A stretch of 64,000 bases of DNA from an uncultured Chloroflexia bacterium (GTDB taxonomy: Bacteria > Chloroflexota > Limnocylindria > Limnocylindrales > CSP1-4): the NCBI GenBank assembly GCA_963712745.1, contig CAVQJC010000020.1:596467-660466 (forward strand), read 5' to 3'. Of the stretch, positions 21,501 through 32,516 are shown piece by piece. The notes under the pieces are model-generated. The model was not told the DNA's origin. It did not search any database and was given only the letters and a program-made list of their open reading frames with translations. The position numbers and the translations under genes were made by a program. How positions within the stretch are numbered: position 1 is the stretch's first letter; the number at the start of each line of letters is the position of its first letter.

Positions 21501-22639
21501 CTATTGAAGCGCCAGCACCGCACGGACGCGCCCCCACATGGCGTCGGCCTCCCCGCGGAGCCTCGCCGCTGGCTCGCGCAGGCTCGCGGCGGGCGGCCAA
21601 GGAATGCGGCTGGAGTTCCTGACCAAGCCTCTCGCGAACCGAGGAGACGTCCGAAACGTCCCACAGCGCTTCCCGGCAGCCATAGTCATCGAAGAGATAG
21701 GAGTACTTGTGGCTCCATCCGGTTCCGATGGCTGGAACACCCTGGGACATTGCGTTGACCAAGCCGTGGTACCTCGATGAGACCACGAGCGCACAACCGC
21801 CGATGAGCGCTTTCGTGGCAAGCGGATCAGTGTCGCGACACTCCAAGACCTCGGTGTCGAGGTCGTCAGCCACGCGACGACCCAGCCGTCGATCCCCGGG
21901 CTCGTGCGCAACCACTCCGACCCGATAGCCGGCGTCGGCAGCCGCGAGGGCACATGCCTTGAGGAACGCCACGTACTTCGCCTCATCCAGCGATGCACCC
22001 ATGTCGATCATGCGCATGTCGGGGATGAGGGCGACTACTCCGTTCCATTGGGTGTCGGGCCTCGGCTGAAGCAGGTTCGTGAAGTCCGGCGCCATCCGCA
22101 CCTCGGGTGAATGGAGGTTCAAGGAGCGTAGATGTCCGAGAGAGTCTGGATCTCGCGCGATAATCATGGCAGCCATCTCGAGCGCTGCTCGAGTCGCCGC
22201 CGCAACATTGGGCCTGCGAAACGGGCCGAACGCCTGTGGTAGAAGGATGACCGGCTTCCCAGACTCTGTGAAGGATTGGTACAGACGGGCGCTGCGTTGA
22301 GCCGGCCACTCATCAAGAGCATCGCCATATGCGAACCCGGAGGCGTCCAGCAGGGCACCCACCGCGGAGGGGGACAGAAGCCCTGCGAGTCCGCAGTACG
22401 CGCGGTGGTGTTGCTCGAGCCGCGAGTGCGACCGCGGCATTGGCCCATGGTTTGTTGTCCGAGTTGAGCCGCAGGACGCCGCTGCACCTGACACGCTCTC
22501 GTTGTGCGCGCGATCCAGTTCGAAAGCCGACTGCCACTTCCCGCACTTGGCGCCAGGCAAGCAACTGCTCCGTCGCCGCCACGAGCATGAGCTCGGCGCC
22601 CATGTTGTGGAATCCCGCGCCGCTGATCTCAACAATCAA
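21501..22639 (-). CDS. Polysaccharide pyruvyl transferase family protein (frameshifted)
   Basis: NMGAELM N-terminus, LLDASGFAYGD, PQAFGPF, ARDPDS, SSRYHG, GWSHKY. Confidence 0.85.
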
Positions 22640-23715
22640 GGGGCGTACCGACGGAGGACTTCGAGCGGCTTCTTCTGCGAACGGGGCACTAGACCGGTGG
22701 GATCTGGGTAACCGACGGCGATGAGCATGATGGGGCGTTCGTACGGCTCAAGGTTGAGTTCCCGCGCCAACCCAATCTCCGCGCTCTCCGCCGCTGGGGT
22801 ATTCAGAGCATACGAACTGAGGCCGAGCGACTCCAAGGCAAGCATGAATGACATGGCCGCCAGGGAACCATCGATGTAGATCACGTGCCGATCGCGATCA
22901 GAGAAGAAAGCATCTAGCCTGCCGATGACCGCGACGAGGACAGGGATGCAGTCCGTGAAGCCAGCGGCGCCGCCGGGGATCTCGGCAATCCTCTTGACTC
23001 GCTCTGGCTGATCGAAGACACGGAACTCGAACGGCTGCCGGTTGCAGGCGGACGGCGACTGCGCCGCAACGGCGAAGGCCGCATCCAGGGCCGCCCGTGG
23101 GACTGGTACGTCGCGGAACCATCGGACCGAACGTCGACGAATGGCTAGCTCCAGCAACGCGTCGCAGCTGACAGGGGCCTCGACGCTCAGGTCCCTGACA
23201 TACGGGACGAGAGGAGCGGTCGATGTGGTCGATTGCTCCCACGCCAGGGATTCGAAGTGGCGTCGAGCGCGATCAATATCCGGCGTCGACGTTGTTGCGA
23301 TGAAGTACTCGTGGAGGACATCACGCGCCCAGGCAAGCTCCGCACTCTGCCCATCCGTTGACGCTGCCGCGTCCGCGACACGTTGGACGGTCTCACCTAT
23401 GTAGTCCGCAGCGAAGACATCGCGGCGAGGACGACTAATCAGGCCCTTTTCGAGCCGATGGACGTTCCGACGGAGCACAGGATCGGTCTGCTCGCTGGCA
23501 CCAGAGCGATCAGCGAACCGGCGCAATCCAGCATGGATGGCGTGGGTCTCACGCATGGAACTCGGATAGCCGCTCACCACTGCACGTGGCCCAAAGCGGA
23601 TAGCCGCACTCACCCACTCGGACAGCCCCAACACGGACCGGTAGAGAGCCGCGACTAAAGGCCGGAGCGGCCTGGGGACCAAGGTGAGCAGTTGCTGGCG
23701 GCGATGGCTAGGCAC
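22636..23715 (-). CDS. Nitroreductase family protein with N-terminal extension
   Basis: RRRSVRWF, SPSACNRQP, IDGSLAAM, IAVGYP. Confidence 0.9.
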   Translation of the reverse strand: MPSHRRQQLLTLVPRPLRPLVAALYRSVLGLSEWVSAAIRFGPRAVVSGYPSSMRETHAIHAGLRRFADRSGASEQTDPVLRRNVHRLEKGLISRPRRDVFAADYIGETVQRVADAAASTDGQSAELAWARDVLHEYFIATTSTPDIDRARRHFESLAWEQSTTSTAPLVPYVRDLSVEAPVSCDALLELAIRRRSVRWFRDVPVPRAALDAAFAVAAQSPSACNRQPFEFRVFDQPERVKRIAEIPGGAAGFTDCIPVLVAVIGRLDAFFSDRDRHVIYIDGSLAAMSFMLALESLGLSSYALNTPAAESAEIGLARELNLEPYERPIMLIAVGYPDPTGLVPRSQKKPLEVLRRYAP

Positions 23716-25042
23716 TTGCGACTCCTCCCCGAAGATACCTGACCGGAGCCACGAACGCCCTAGTCATCATCTTCGCGGCTGGCCGAGTCGCCGGGAAGAA
23801 CCACAACGCGAAGTATGAGGCCATCGCGTATGAGACCAGCGTCGCCCAAGCGGCCCCGATCCCACCCCAAGCCGGAATCAGTGCCATGTTCGCCGCGATG
23901 TTGATTACAGCGCCAGCGCCCTGTGTTGCCAACGAGTACATGAGAAGCCGCTCGGCCACCAGCCACTTGCTGAATGCCGCACGCATGAATACGAAGACAC
24001 CTGCCCAGATGTGAACACGGAGGATGTCATCGGACCCGGCATACGCAGGACCGTACAGCCATCCAACCAGCCATGGCGCAGCAATAGCCACGGCGACCGC
24101 TACAAGGAGGCCAAGCCACGCAAGCACATCGATCAATTGCTGGAGACGTGTGCGGTAGCGATCTCGCTCGGCCAATCGCAGACGAAGGAGCTGGGGGAAT
24201 GCTGACGCCACGATCAGTGTCGGGACGAAGTACCAGACCTCGGATAGGCGGGCTGCAGCCGCGTAGACGCCGACCTCGTGGCTTGATGTCATCCGGCCAA
24301 GCATGACTTGGTCGATTCGTAGGTAGAGCACGGCTCCTACAGACGAGAGTGCAAGTGGCCACGCTTCACGAGCGAGGCGCCGAATCCGTCTACCTTGCGG
24401 GCGCCAGTCGCTCGGTCTGTGCCCCTGACGCGCGTAGACGAACAGCGCCCCAAGCTGGACGATGAAGACCTCCCCTACGCGCGCCGCCAGAAACCAGAAG
24501 ACCGATAGGTCCAATGCGATGAACGTCAGGACCACAGCCACGTAGATTGCTGCGGCCACCATCTGGACCCAGACGACGTACCGCGACTCCGTCCGAGCCT
24601 CGTAGAACAGTGCCGTCACCTCGAGCGGCTGCACGAGCAATACCACGCCGAAGACGACGATTGCGAAGCGAAGATCCGGGTCCGCGTGTAACAGGAGCGC
24701 CAGTCCGACAAGTAGGAGGGTCGCCACTGCGCTGCCGAAGACGCGGAGAGCCAGCGCGCTGCCAAGGATCCGATTCCGATCGTCCGGACGCTCAACGAGC
24801 TCGCGCGTGACGAGCCCCGCCATCCCAATCGAGCTCACGCTGACGAGGATCATGACAACGGCGATGACGTAGGAGTAGACGCCGAAGGACTCCGGTCCGA
24901 GATATCGAGTCAGCCATACAGCTGTGATGAACCCAACGGCCATCTTCAGGGCAGAGCCCGCCATCAGCCAGCCGCCGTTGCTGGCCACACCCAGCAACGT
25001 CGGCGACGCCCGCGCGGACAGGCGCTCGCGTAGGGCCCTCAT
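23708..25042 (-). CDS. wzx: Wzx-type polysaccharide flippase
   Basis: RYLGPESFG, RIDQVMLG, VGVYAAAARL, GAAWAT; about 12 TMs. Confidence 0.9.
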   Translation of the reverse strand: MRALRERLSARASPTLLGVASNGGWLMAGSALKMAVGFITAVWLTRYLGPESFGVYSYVIAVVMILVSVSSIGMAGLVTRELVERPDDRNRILGSALALRVFGSAVATLLLVGLALLLHADPDLRFAIVVFGVVLLVQPLEVTALFYEARTESRYVVWVQMVAAAIYVAVVLTFIALDLSVFWFLAARVGEVFIVQLGALFVYARQGHRPSDWRPQGRRIRRLAREAWPLALSSVGAVLYLRIDQVMLGRMTSSHEVGVYAAAARLSEVWYFVPTLIVASAFPQLLRLRLAERDRYRTRLQQLIDVLAWLGLLVAVAVAIAAPWLVGWLYGPAYAGSDDILRVHIWAGVFVFMRAAFSKWLVAERLLMYSLATQGAGAVINIAANMALIPAWGGIGAAWATLVSYAMASYFALWFFPATRPAAKMMTRAFVAPVRYLRGGVASA

Positions 25043-25064
25043 CCTTGCCGCTCCAACAGCGTCC

Positions 25065-26240
25065 TCAACGTCCCTCCAGGGCTGCGGGGATGGTGCGGAC
25101 GAGGATCTGGAAGATCCAGCCAGAGGGACCAGCGGTCGATGTATTCGAGGTCATCTTCGACCCACTTGTCGAAGACCGTCTCGTGGCGCGCGCGGACCTG
25201 CCATAGGCCGGTGATACCGGGCTTCATCGACAAGCGGCGTCGGTGCCACAGGTCGTAGTCGGTCACCTCCGATTCGAGCGGTGGCCGCGGCCCAACGAGC
25301 GACATCTCGCCACGTAGCACGTTCCACAGCTGCGGTAGCTCATCGATGGACCAGCGGCGCAGGCGGCGACCCACCGGAGTGATGCGCGGGTCCTCGGTCA
25401 TCTTGAAGACCGGCCCGCTCAACTCGTTGGCCCCGGTCAGCTCAGCCTGCCGCTCCTCTGCATCGACCGCCATGGAGCGGAACTTCAGGATCTGGAACGA
25501 CCGGCCGTGAAGGCCCACGCGCGTCTGGCGGAAGAGCGCCGGTCCCCCATCGCGCCGGACGGCCCAGCCCACGGCCGCGAAGAGCGGCGAGAGCAAGAGC
25601 AACCCGATGGCCGAGACGCCGATGTCCAGGAACCGCTTGGTCGCGAGGGCCAGCCAACGTCCCTCCAGGGCTGCGGGGATGGTGCGGACGAGGATCTGGA
25701 AGTCCAGCCACAGCGACCAGCGGTCGATGTATTCGAGGTCGTCCTCGACCCACTTGTCGAAGACCGTCTCGTGGCGCGCGCGGACCTGCCATAGGCCGGT
25801 GATGCCGGGCTTCATGCTCAGCCGCCGACGGTGCCACAGGTCGTAGTCGGACACCTCCAATTCGAGGGGCGGTCGCGGCCCCACCAGCGACATCTCGCCG
25901 CGTAGCACGTTCCACAGCTGCGGCAGCTCATCGATGGACCAGCGGCGCAGGCGCCGACCCACCGGCGTGATGCGCGGGTCCTCGGTCATCTTGAAGACCG
26001 GCCCGACAGCTCGTTGGCCCCCGCCAGCTCAGCCTGGCGCTCCTCTGCATCGACCGCCATGGAGCGGAACTTCAGGATCTGGAACGGCCGACCGTGGAGG
26101 CCCACGCGGGTCTGGCGGAAGAGCGCCGGTCCCCCATCGCGCCGGACAGCCCAACCCACGGCCGCGAAGAGCGGAGAGAGCACGACCAGTCCGATGGCTG
26201 AGACGCCGATGTCCAGGAACCGCTTGGTCGCCAGGGCCAG
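25065..26240 (-). repeat. ~590-bp diverged direct tandem duplication (26240-25654 and 25653-25065)
   Basis: Both units encode LALATKRFLD ... ALEGR; they differ at many synonymous and a few missense sites. Confidence 0.9.
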
Positions 26241-27050
26241 TGTCCGGTCCGGTCCGGATACCAGCGAGTAGACCGGCGTGCCGTCGAGCTCGTCGACCTT
26301 GCCCTGGGCGAAGGGATGCTCGAGCACATCCATGGGCACGCGCACGATCTTGCCCGCCTCCTCGGCCACGTAGGCGATTCCGTCGAGGTACTGCCACTGG
26401 CTGAAGGGCAGACAGATGACGACCTCGTCGATGACATTGTCGGCCAGCACGTTCTCGAGATCGGCCAGCTTGCCCAGCCAGGGCCAGGCGGCGTCATCGG
26501 CGTAGTCGGGCTCATCATCGAGGAAGCCGATGACCACCAGCCCCAGCTCACGGTGGCTCTCGATGGTCGAGGCAAAGGACTGCCCACGCGGGCCGGCACC
26601 CACCATCAACACGTACCGCGCGTTCTTGCCCCTGGCTCGAAGCTCCCGGAAGGCCAGACGCAGGATGGCCCTCGTAACCAGGGCTATGACGAACTGCGTC
26701 GGGAAGAGGATGATCAGGAAGATACGACTGACATCCGGGAGCTTGAACCAGAACAGCACGGCGAAGGTCGCCGCGGCCATGAGCACGGTCGCTCGGAGCA
26801 GGTCCCACGCTTCGGTGCGGATGGACCAGCGTGCCCGTGGTCGGTACAGGCCGTTGAGCGCCAAGGCCACGACCCAGCCCACGGCGTACACCAGCAGCAG
26901 GGCCTGGGCGTTGGGGATGATCTCCCGCCACCAGACCGCCCAGTCCTCGCCGAAGCGCACCACCGACAGGCCCACCAGCACGGCCGCTGCGAGCAGGCCG
27001 TCGGTGAGCATGAGCAGGGCACGCAGGGTCGAACTATGGCGCCGGATCAT
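25065..27050 (-). CDS. Polyprenyl glycosylphosphotransferase (WcaJ/CpsE-like) with tandem-duplicated catalytic domain; frameshifts near 26005 and 25113
   Basis: 4 TM + CoA-binding-like domain, then two copies of KRFLDI ... KFRSM ... DPRIT ... IDELPQLWNVLRGEMSLVGPRP ... KPGITGLWQV. Confidence 0.9.
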
Positions 27051-27133
27051 GACCGGCCCACCCTACGGATTCGTGGTGCGTTCTGGCAATGGTACTGACG
27101 GTCTAGTGGCGTTTGTTGCGGTCGGCCGGAACA

Positions 27134-28509
27134 ATGGGGCGACCGCTATCCGCAGGAGACCCGACCACTGCCCGCGACCACCGCCGACATCCACCCCATC
27201 GCCATCATCGGTGGCGGCTTCGCCGGCCTGTCAGCCGCGTACGAGCTCGGCCTTCGCGGCATTCCCTGCACGGTGTTCGAGCGCGACTCGGAGGTGGGAG
27301 GGTTGGCCGGCAGCTTCAAGGTCAATGGGGCGGACCTCGAGAAGTTCTATCACCACTGGTTCGTCAGCGACGAGTACGTGCTGGCCCTGGTCGACGAGCT
27401 CGGTCTGCGCGACCGGATCGTCCACCATGCGAGCCGCACCGGCATGTACTACGCGAACCGGCACTACCGCCTTTCGACACCGCTCGACCTGCTTCGGTTC
27501 GACGCGCTGCCCCCGATCGACCGCGTGCGCCTGGGCATCATGACCCTCCGTGCACGGCGGATCACCGACTGGCAGCCGCTCGAAGGACAGACCGCCGCCG
27601 AATGGGCCCGTGCGCTGGCGGGACAGCGCGCGTACGAAGTCGTGTGGGAGCCGCTGCTTCGCGGCAAGTTCGGCGAATTCGCCGAGGACGTCTCTGCCGT
27701 CTGGCTCTGGAACAAGCTCAAGCTGCGCGGCGGATCGCGCCGGGCAGACGGCGCCGAGGAGCTGGTCTACCTGCGTGGTGGATTCGCGGGACTGGCAACG
27801 GCCTTGGCGCGAGCGCATCGAGTCGATGGGAGGCCAAGTGCTGACCGGGTGTCCGGTCGAAGGCATCGAGGCCGACAACGGGACGGTCACGGCGGTGATC
27901 GCGCAGGGGCAGGCGCACCCCGTCTCTGGCGTCCTGGCGACGACCGCGCTGCCCGATATCGCCGACCTGGTCCGGGGCCATGTCGACGCCGAAGTCGTAG
28001 GTGATCTTGAGCGGATCCGCTACCTTGGCAATGTCTGCCTGGTCCTGGAGTTCGACCGCAGCCTCTCCGACACCTACTGGCTCAACGTGAACGACCTCTC
28101 CTTCCCGTTCGTCGGTGTGATCGAACACACCAACCTCGAGCCCTCGAGCGCCTACGGCGGCCGGCACATCGTCTACCTCTCCAAGTACCTGCCGGTGACG
28201 GACCCGCTGTACACGATGAGCGACGAGGAGATCACCGAGTTCAGCCTGCAACACATGCGCAGGATGTTCCCGGAACTCCAGGCTGATTGGCTGCTGGCAA
28301 GCCACGTCTGGCGAGCGACGTACTCGCAGCCGATCGTGGAGCGCGGCTACAGCGACCTGGTCAAGCGGATCGAGGTGCCGCTGGCGAACTTCGATGTCGC
28401 CACCATGGCCCAGATCTACCCAGAGGACCGCGGCACCAACTATGCCGTGAGAGAGGGACGAGAGGCCGCCCGGCGCATCGCGGCACGGCTTGGCCGCCAG
28501 GAGCCTTGA
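27134..28509 (+). CDS. NAD(P)/FAD-dependent oxidoreductase (protoporphyrinogen oxidase-like, polysaccharide-locus type); frameshifted
   Basis: IAIIGGGFAGLSAAYEL, EKFYHHWF, YLRGG, YWLNVND, IYPEDRGTNYAV; start uncertain. Confidence 0.85.
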
Positions 28510-28561
28510 ACTCGTCTGATACGCGTGGTCGCTTGACGACGTACTTGGCCGAGACTAGGAT

Positions 28562-28582
28562 TGTACACACATCGTATGTACA
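28562..28582 (+). promoter_or_regulatory. Palindromic operator upstream of the DUF1778-GNAT TA operon
   Basis: TGTACA-N9-TGTACA immediately before the AGGAG RBS. Confidence 0.6.
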
Positions 28583-28593
28583 GGAGTGCAGCC

Positions 28594-28902
28594 GTGAGGG
28601 CCGATACGAGTGCAGCGTCCCGAGCCGGTAGACGTGCCAAGTCGGCCCGTGTGGACTTTCGCCTGAGTCCGGAGCAGAAGGTCCTGCTGGACGAGGCGGC
28701 GACGCTCTCGGGCACGTCACTCAGTGAGTTCGTGCTGCAGTCCGCGCAGGCCGCGGCCAACGACGTCCTCGCCGACCGCACACGGTTCATCCTGCCTCCC
28801 GAGCGATGGGCTGCGTTCGCCGATGCGCTTACGCGTCCGCCGCGCCACCTGCCCAGGCTCGCGGCCCTCCTGTCCTCGCCGTCGGTCATCGACGACGAGT
28901 GA
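28594..28902 (+). CDS. DUF1778 (RHH) antitoxin, TacA/AtaR-like
   Basis: RVDFRLSPEQKVLLDEAA ... SLSEFVLQSA ... AFADALTRPP. Confidence 0.9.
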   Translation: MRADTSAASRAGRRAKSARVDFRLSPEQKVLLDEAATLSGTSLSEFVLQSAQAAANDVLADRTRFILPPERWAAFADALTRPPRHLPRLAALLSSPSVIDDE

Positions 28903-29408
28903 GTTACGCGCCGGTCGAGCGAATCTCGAGTCGGCACCAAACCGCGGAGTTCGACTGCGGCTCCGGAGCCCAGAGCACCTGGCTTCGTCGATACGCACTC
29001 CAGGCCGACCGCATGGACTCCACCCGCGTCATGGTGATCACCCACAGGGATGACGCCCGCGTCGTCGGCTACTACGCCCTGTCGGCCGGTTCGGTCGAGC
29101 CCTCTGCGGCTCCCGATCGAATCGCCAAGAGCATGCCCCGATATCCGGTGCCGGTGATCATCCTGACCCGACTGGGCGTCGACCGCGCGGAGCAGGGCCG
29201 CGGACTCGGACGCGCGCTCCTCAGGGACGCGCTGATCCGCGCGGCGGCTGCGGCTGCAGAGATCGGCGTTCGGGCCATCCTGGTCCACTGCGAGAGCTCG
29301 GCCGCCCGCGACTTCTACATCCGGGTCGCCGAGTTCGAGCCTTCCCCGACCGACCCGCTGCACCTGTACCTCCTACTCAGCGACCTGCGGAAGTCGCTGG
29401 AGGATTGA
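28899..29408 (+). CDS. GNAT acetyltransferase toxin, TacT/AtaT-like
   Basis: FDCG, VVGYYALS, PVPVIILTRLGVD, QGRGLG, ILVH, FY; GTGA overlap with antitoxin. Confidence 0.92.
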   Translation: MSYAPVERISSRHQTAEFDCGSGAQSTWLRRYALQADRMDSTRVMVITHRDDARVVGYYALSAGSVEPSAAPDRIAKSMPRYPVPVIILTRLGVDRAEQGRGLGRALLRDALIRAAAAAAEIGVRAILVHCESSAARDFYIRVAEFEPSPTDPLHLYLLLSDLRKSLED

Positions 29409-29414
29409 CGCTGG

Positions 29415-31848
29415 TCACTCGTCCGCGTCGGCCGGGCCGTGGTCGACGATGACGATGCCGGGCAGTCCCGGCGGCAGCCGGTCAAGCGGGTGCGCCCGCC
29501 GATAGGTGTAGGTGCCGTAGTAGTGCGTGGTCGTGCCCATGGCCGAGTCGGTGAACGGGTCGCGCTCCCCGTACCCCGCGGTCACGGTGGCCGGCCCCCA
29601 GTGGGCGCCGATGCGCTTGAGGCGCATGTAGTCCTCCGCGGTCTCGTGGTCGCCGAGGTGGTCGGCCAGCTGGGCCGCGTAGGCCAGCCTGAGACCGTGC
29701 GTGGGCGTGGCGTCGGTCATCGCCCGCACCTCCGAGTACGCCGCAGCGTCGCCGCCCCAGGCCGCGATGACCCCCTCGTAGAACAGCGCATCGGCCTGCC
29801 CGGCCGCAAGCTCGAGCGCAAGCGCGGGATCACCGGCCATGAGCGTGATGGCCCAGGCTTCCTCGGGATCGGCCGCGATGGCCCCATCCACCACGGCGGT
29901 GAACCGCTCGTCCCCGAGGACTGCCCGCCAGGCCTCATCCGAGCCGAGGGTAGGCAGGAGCGCCAGGGCCGCGGCGTAGGCCGCGTTCGCCTCCTCGGGT
30001 AGCCCCGCGAGATCGTAGACCTGCCCGGCCGCGAAGGCCAGCGCCGCCTGCTGCTCGCCCAGCCGCAGGGCCTCGGCCAACTCGGCGCGGATCTCCTCGG
30101 TCGGTCGGCCGGTCTCCACGCCGGCTCGCGCAAGGCCCAGCCAGGCGTCGGGCAGATCGTCGAGCGCGATGACGTTGCGATACGCCTGCTCCGCCGCCTC
30201 CCACTCGCCGTTGGCCGCCAGCGCCGTGGCAGCAGCCAGCTGGTAGACACCGATCTCCGGGTCGGCGCGGGCAGCCTCGAGGGCGGGACCCAGCATGTCG
30301 GCCCACTCCCCTGCTGCACCTGCGCGCACGGCTTCCTGGTGGGTCAGCGCGGTGCCCTCGGAGCGGATGAGCTGAAGCATCGCCGCGGAGCAGGCCAGGA
30401 CGAGCAGGACCACGGCCGCGTTGCGCAGCCAGCAGGCGACACGCCAGGGCACGAACGGGAGGCCGATGCCGCGGGTGCTGGTGGCATCGAGCACGGCGAT
30501 GGGCAGGCCCATGAGCAGGGCCACGGTGGGGATGGTGTGGACGTCGACGACGACGTTGAGCGCGAGGTAGACCAGGCCGAAGACCGAGGCCCAGGCCCAC
30601 CGGCGCCGCTCGACATCGGCGCCTCGCAGCGCAGGTATGAGCAACCAGACCACAGCCCCGAAGGCGAGGACGCCGGCCAGCAGGCCCACCAGGCCAAGCT
30701 CGGACGCGGTCTGGAAGTACTGGCTGTGGGCGTGCGGCTGGTAGAGGTCGATCTCACCCGGCTCGGTGTAGGCCACGCGCCGGATCATCCAGGTGCCCGG
30801 ACCCAGGCCGGCGATGGGGGCGTCCTCGAACATGCGCAGGGCGGATGGTCCAGAACGTCAGCCGTCCCGCATCGCCCGAATCGAGGCGATCGAGCACAGT
30901 GGGGCCCAGGGCGACCGCGATGACGCCGGCCACGATGGCGACGGGGATGAGCGCGAGGCGGAACCGGCGGTCGGCCCAGGCCCGGCTGACGAGGTCCCGG
31001 CCGCGGCCCTCGATCAAGGCCAGCCCACCCACGATGACGATGGTCCCGGCCATCGCCAGCCAGCCCGAGCGGGCACCCGAGGCGAACGCGGCCGCGGCCA
31101 GCATCAGGATGAGCACGGCGGCGGTGATACGAGCCCCGCGCGTAGCCAGGCCCAGCCCGCCGATGGCCGCCACGGTCAGCAACGTGAGCACGGTGAAGAC
31201 GACGCTGGGGCTGCCCCAGGTCATGCCCAACAGGGCCGGACGCAAGGGTGGCATGCGCAGCTCGCCGACCAGGCCCCACCACTCGACCCACAGCTGCACG
31301 GTCCACAACAGGTAGGCAGCGCCCAGCACCACGGCCAGGGCGGCCATGACTCCGCCGATGCGAGCGCGTGCGTAGGGCAGCGCCATGATGCGCACCAGCA
31401 GCAGGTACAGCGCGATCAGCAGGATGGCGTAGGACAGGAAGTCCAGGCCGATGCGCGGGTACTGGCTGAACGTGATCGACAGGCCGAAGGCCACGAGCGG
31501 CGCGGCGAAGGCCGGCCAGATGGCCGTGGTCGGCCGCCAGCCCGGACGGCGCCAGGCCACGATGAGCCAGGCCACCAGTCCGATGCCCACGATGATGAGG
31601 TTCAGGAGCCGGACCGGCCCCGAGTACATGCCCAGCCAGCCGCCGCCGATGACGATGGCGTAGAACAACAGCAGCGTGAAGCCGAGCCAGCCGATGAACG
31701 CCAGCCGCGGGTTCGCAGGGCCCTCGGGCTCGGCGACGGTCGCGGGCCCGGCCGAGGGTTCGGTCAACGGCTCGGCCGGAGGTTCGGTCAAGGGCCCGGC
31801 CGGGGGTTCGGTCAAGGGCCCGTCTGATCGCTCGGCGGGCTCAGTCAA
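29415..31848 (-). CDS. O-antigen ligase (Wzy_C) family protein with C-terminal TPR region; frameshift near 30840
   Basis: Multi-TM, SGARSGW, GRLTFW | GLGPGTW, HAHSQYFQTASELGLVG; helical repeats after; N-terminal LTEPPA repeats. Confidence 0.85.
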
Positions 31849-31887
31849 GGCTTGCCCCCGACCCCGTGGGTGGCCCACACTCGCGCG

Positions 31888-32463
31888 ATGGCGACGACAG
31901 CCCACGCAGAGGGCAGCGAGGCGCGCTGGCACGGCACGCACGTGAAGCTGCTGGCAGGCGATATCACGCTGATGAGTGTGGATGTCGTGGTCAACGCCGC
32001 CAATAGTGCTCTCGCTGGCGGGGGCGGAGTCGATGGGGCTATCCACGCTGCGGCCGGTCCCGCCGTCATGGCCGAGCTGGGACGCCGATACGAGGGCTGT
32101 CCCACCGGATCGGCTGTCATCACCGGCGCCGGGAACCTGCCCGCCCGCCACATCGTTCACGCGGTGGGGCCCATCTGGCAGGGCGGCGGCCACGATGAAG
32201 CGGCCCTGCTGTCGTCTGCCTACTCGGCCTCGCTGGACCGGGTGGCCGAGACGGGATCTCGCTCGGTCGCCTTCGCGGCCATCAGCTGCGGTGTCTATGG
32301 CTACCCGCTCGACGAAGCCGCGGACGTGGCCCTCGCCGCAGTCCGAGCGTGGCTCAGCTCACATCCGGGCAGCGGCATAGAGGACATCATCTTCGTGCTC
32401 CGTGGGGCGGCAGTCATGGCTGCGTTCCGCGGAGCACTCGACCGGATACTCGACCGCGCCTGA
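31888..32463 (+). CDS. Macro domain O-acetyl-ADP-ribose deacetylase (YmdB-like)
   Basis: GDIT, VNAANSALAGGGGVDGAIHAAAG, HAVGP, AISCGVYGYP. Confidence 0.95.
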   Translation: MATTAHAEGSEARWHGTHVKLLAGDITLMSVDVVVNAANSALAGGGGVDGAIHAAAGPAVMAELGRRYEGCPTGSAVITGAGNLPARHIVHAVGPIWQGGGHDEAALLSSAYSASLDRVAETGSRSVAFAAISCGVYGYPLDEAADVALAAVRAWLSSHPGSGIEDIIFVLRGAAVMAAFRGALDRILDRA

Positions 32464-32516
32464 CCGTGGACGGCACGCGCATCCGGCCTGCACGCGCAAC
32501 CAGGAGGGAGACCAGA

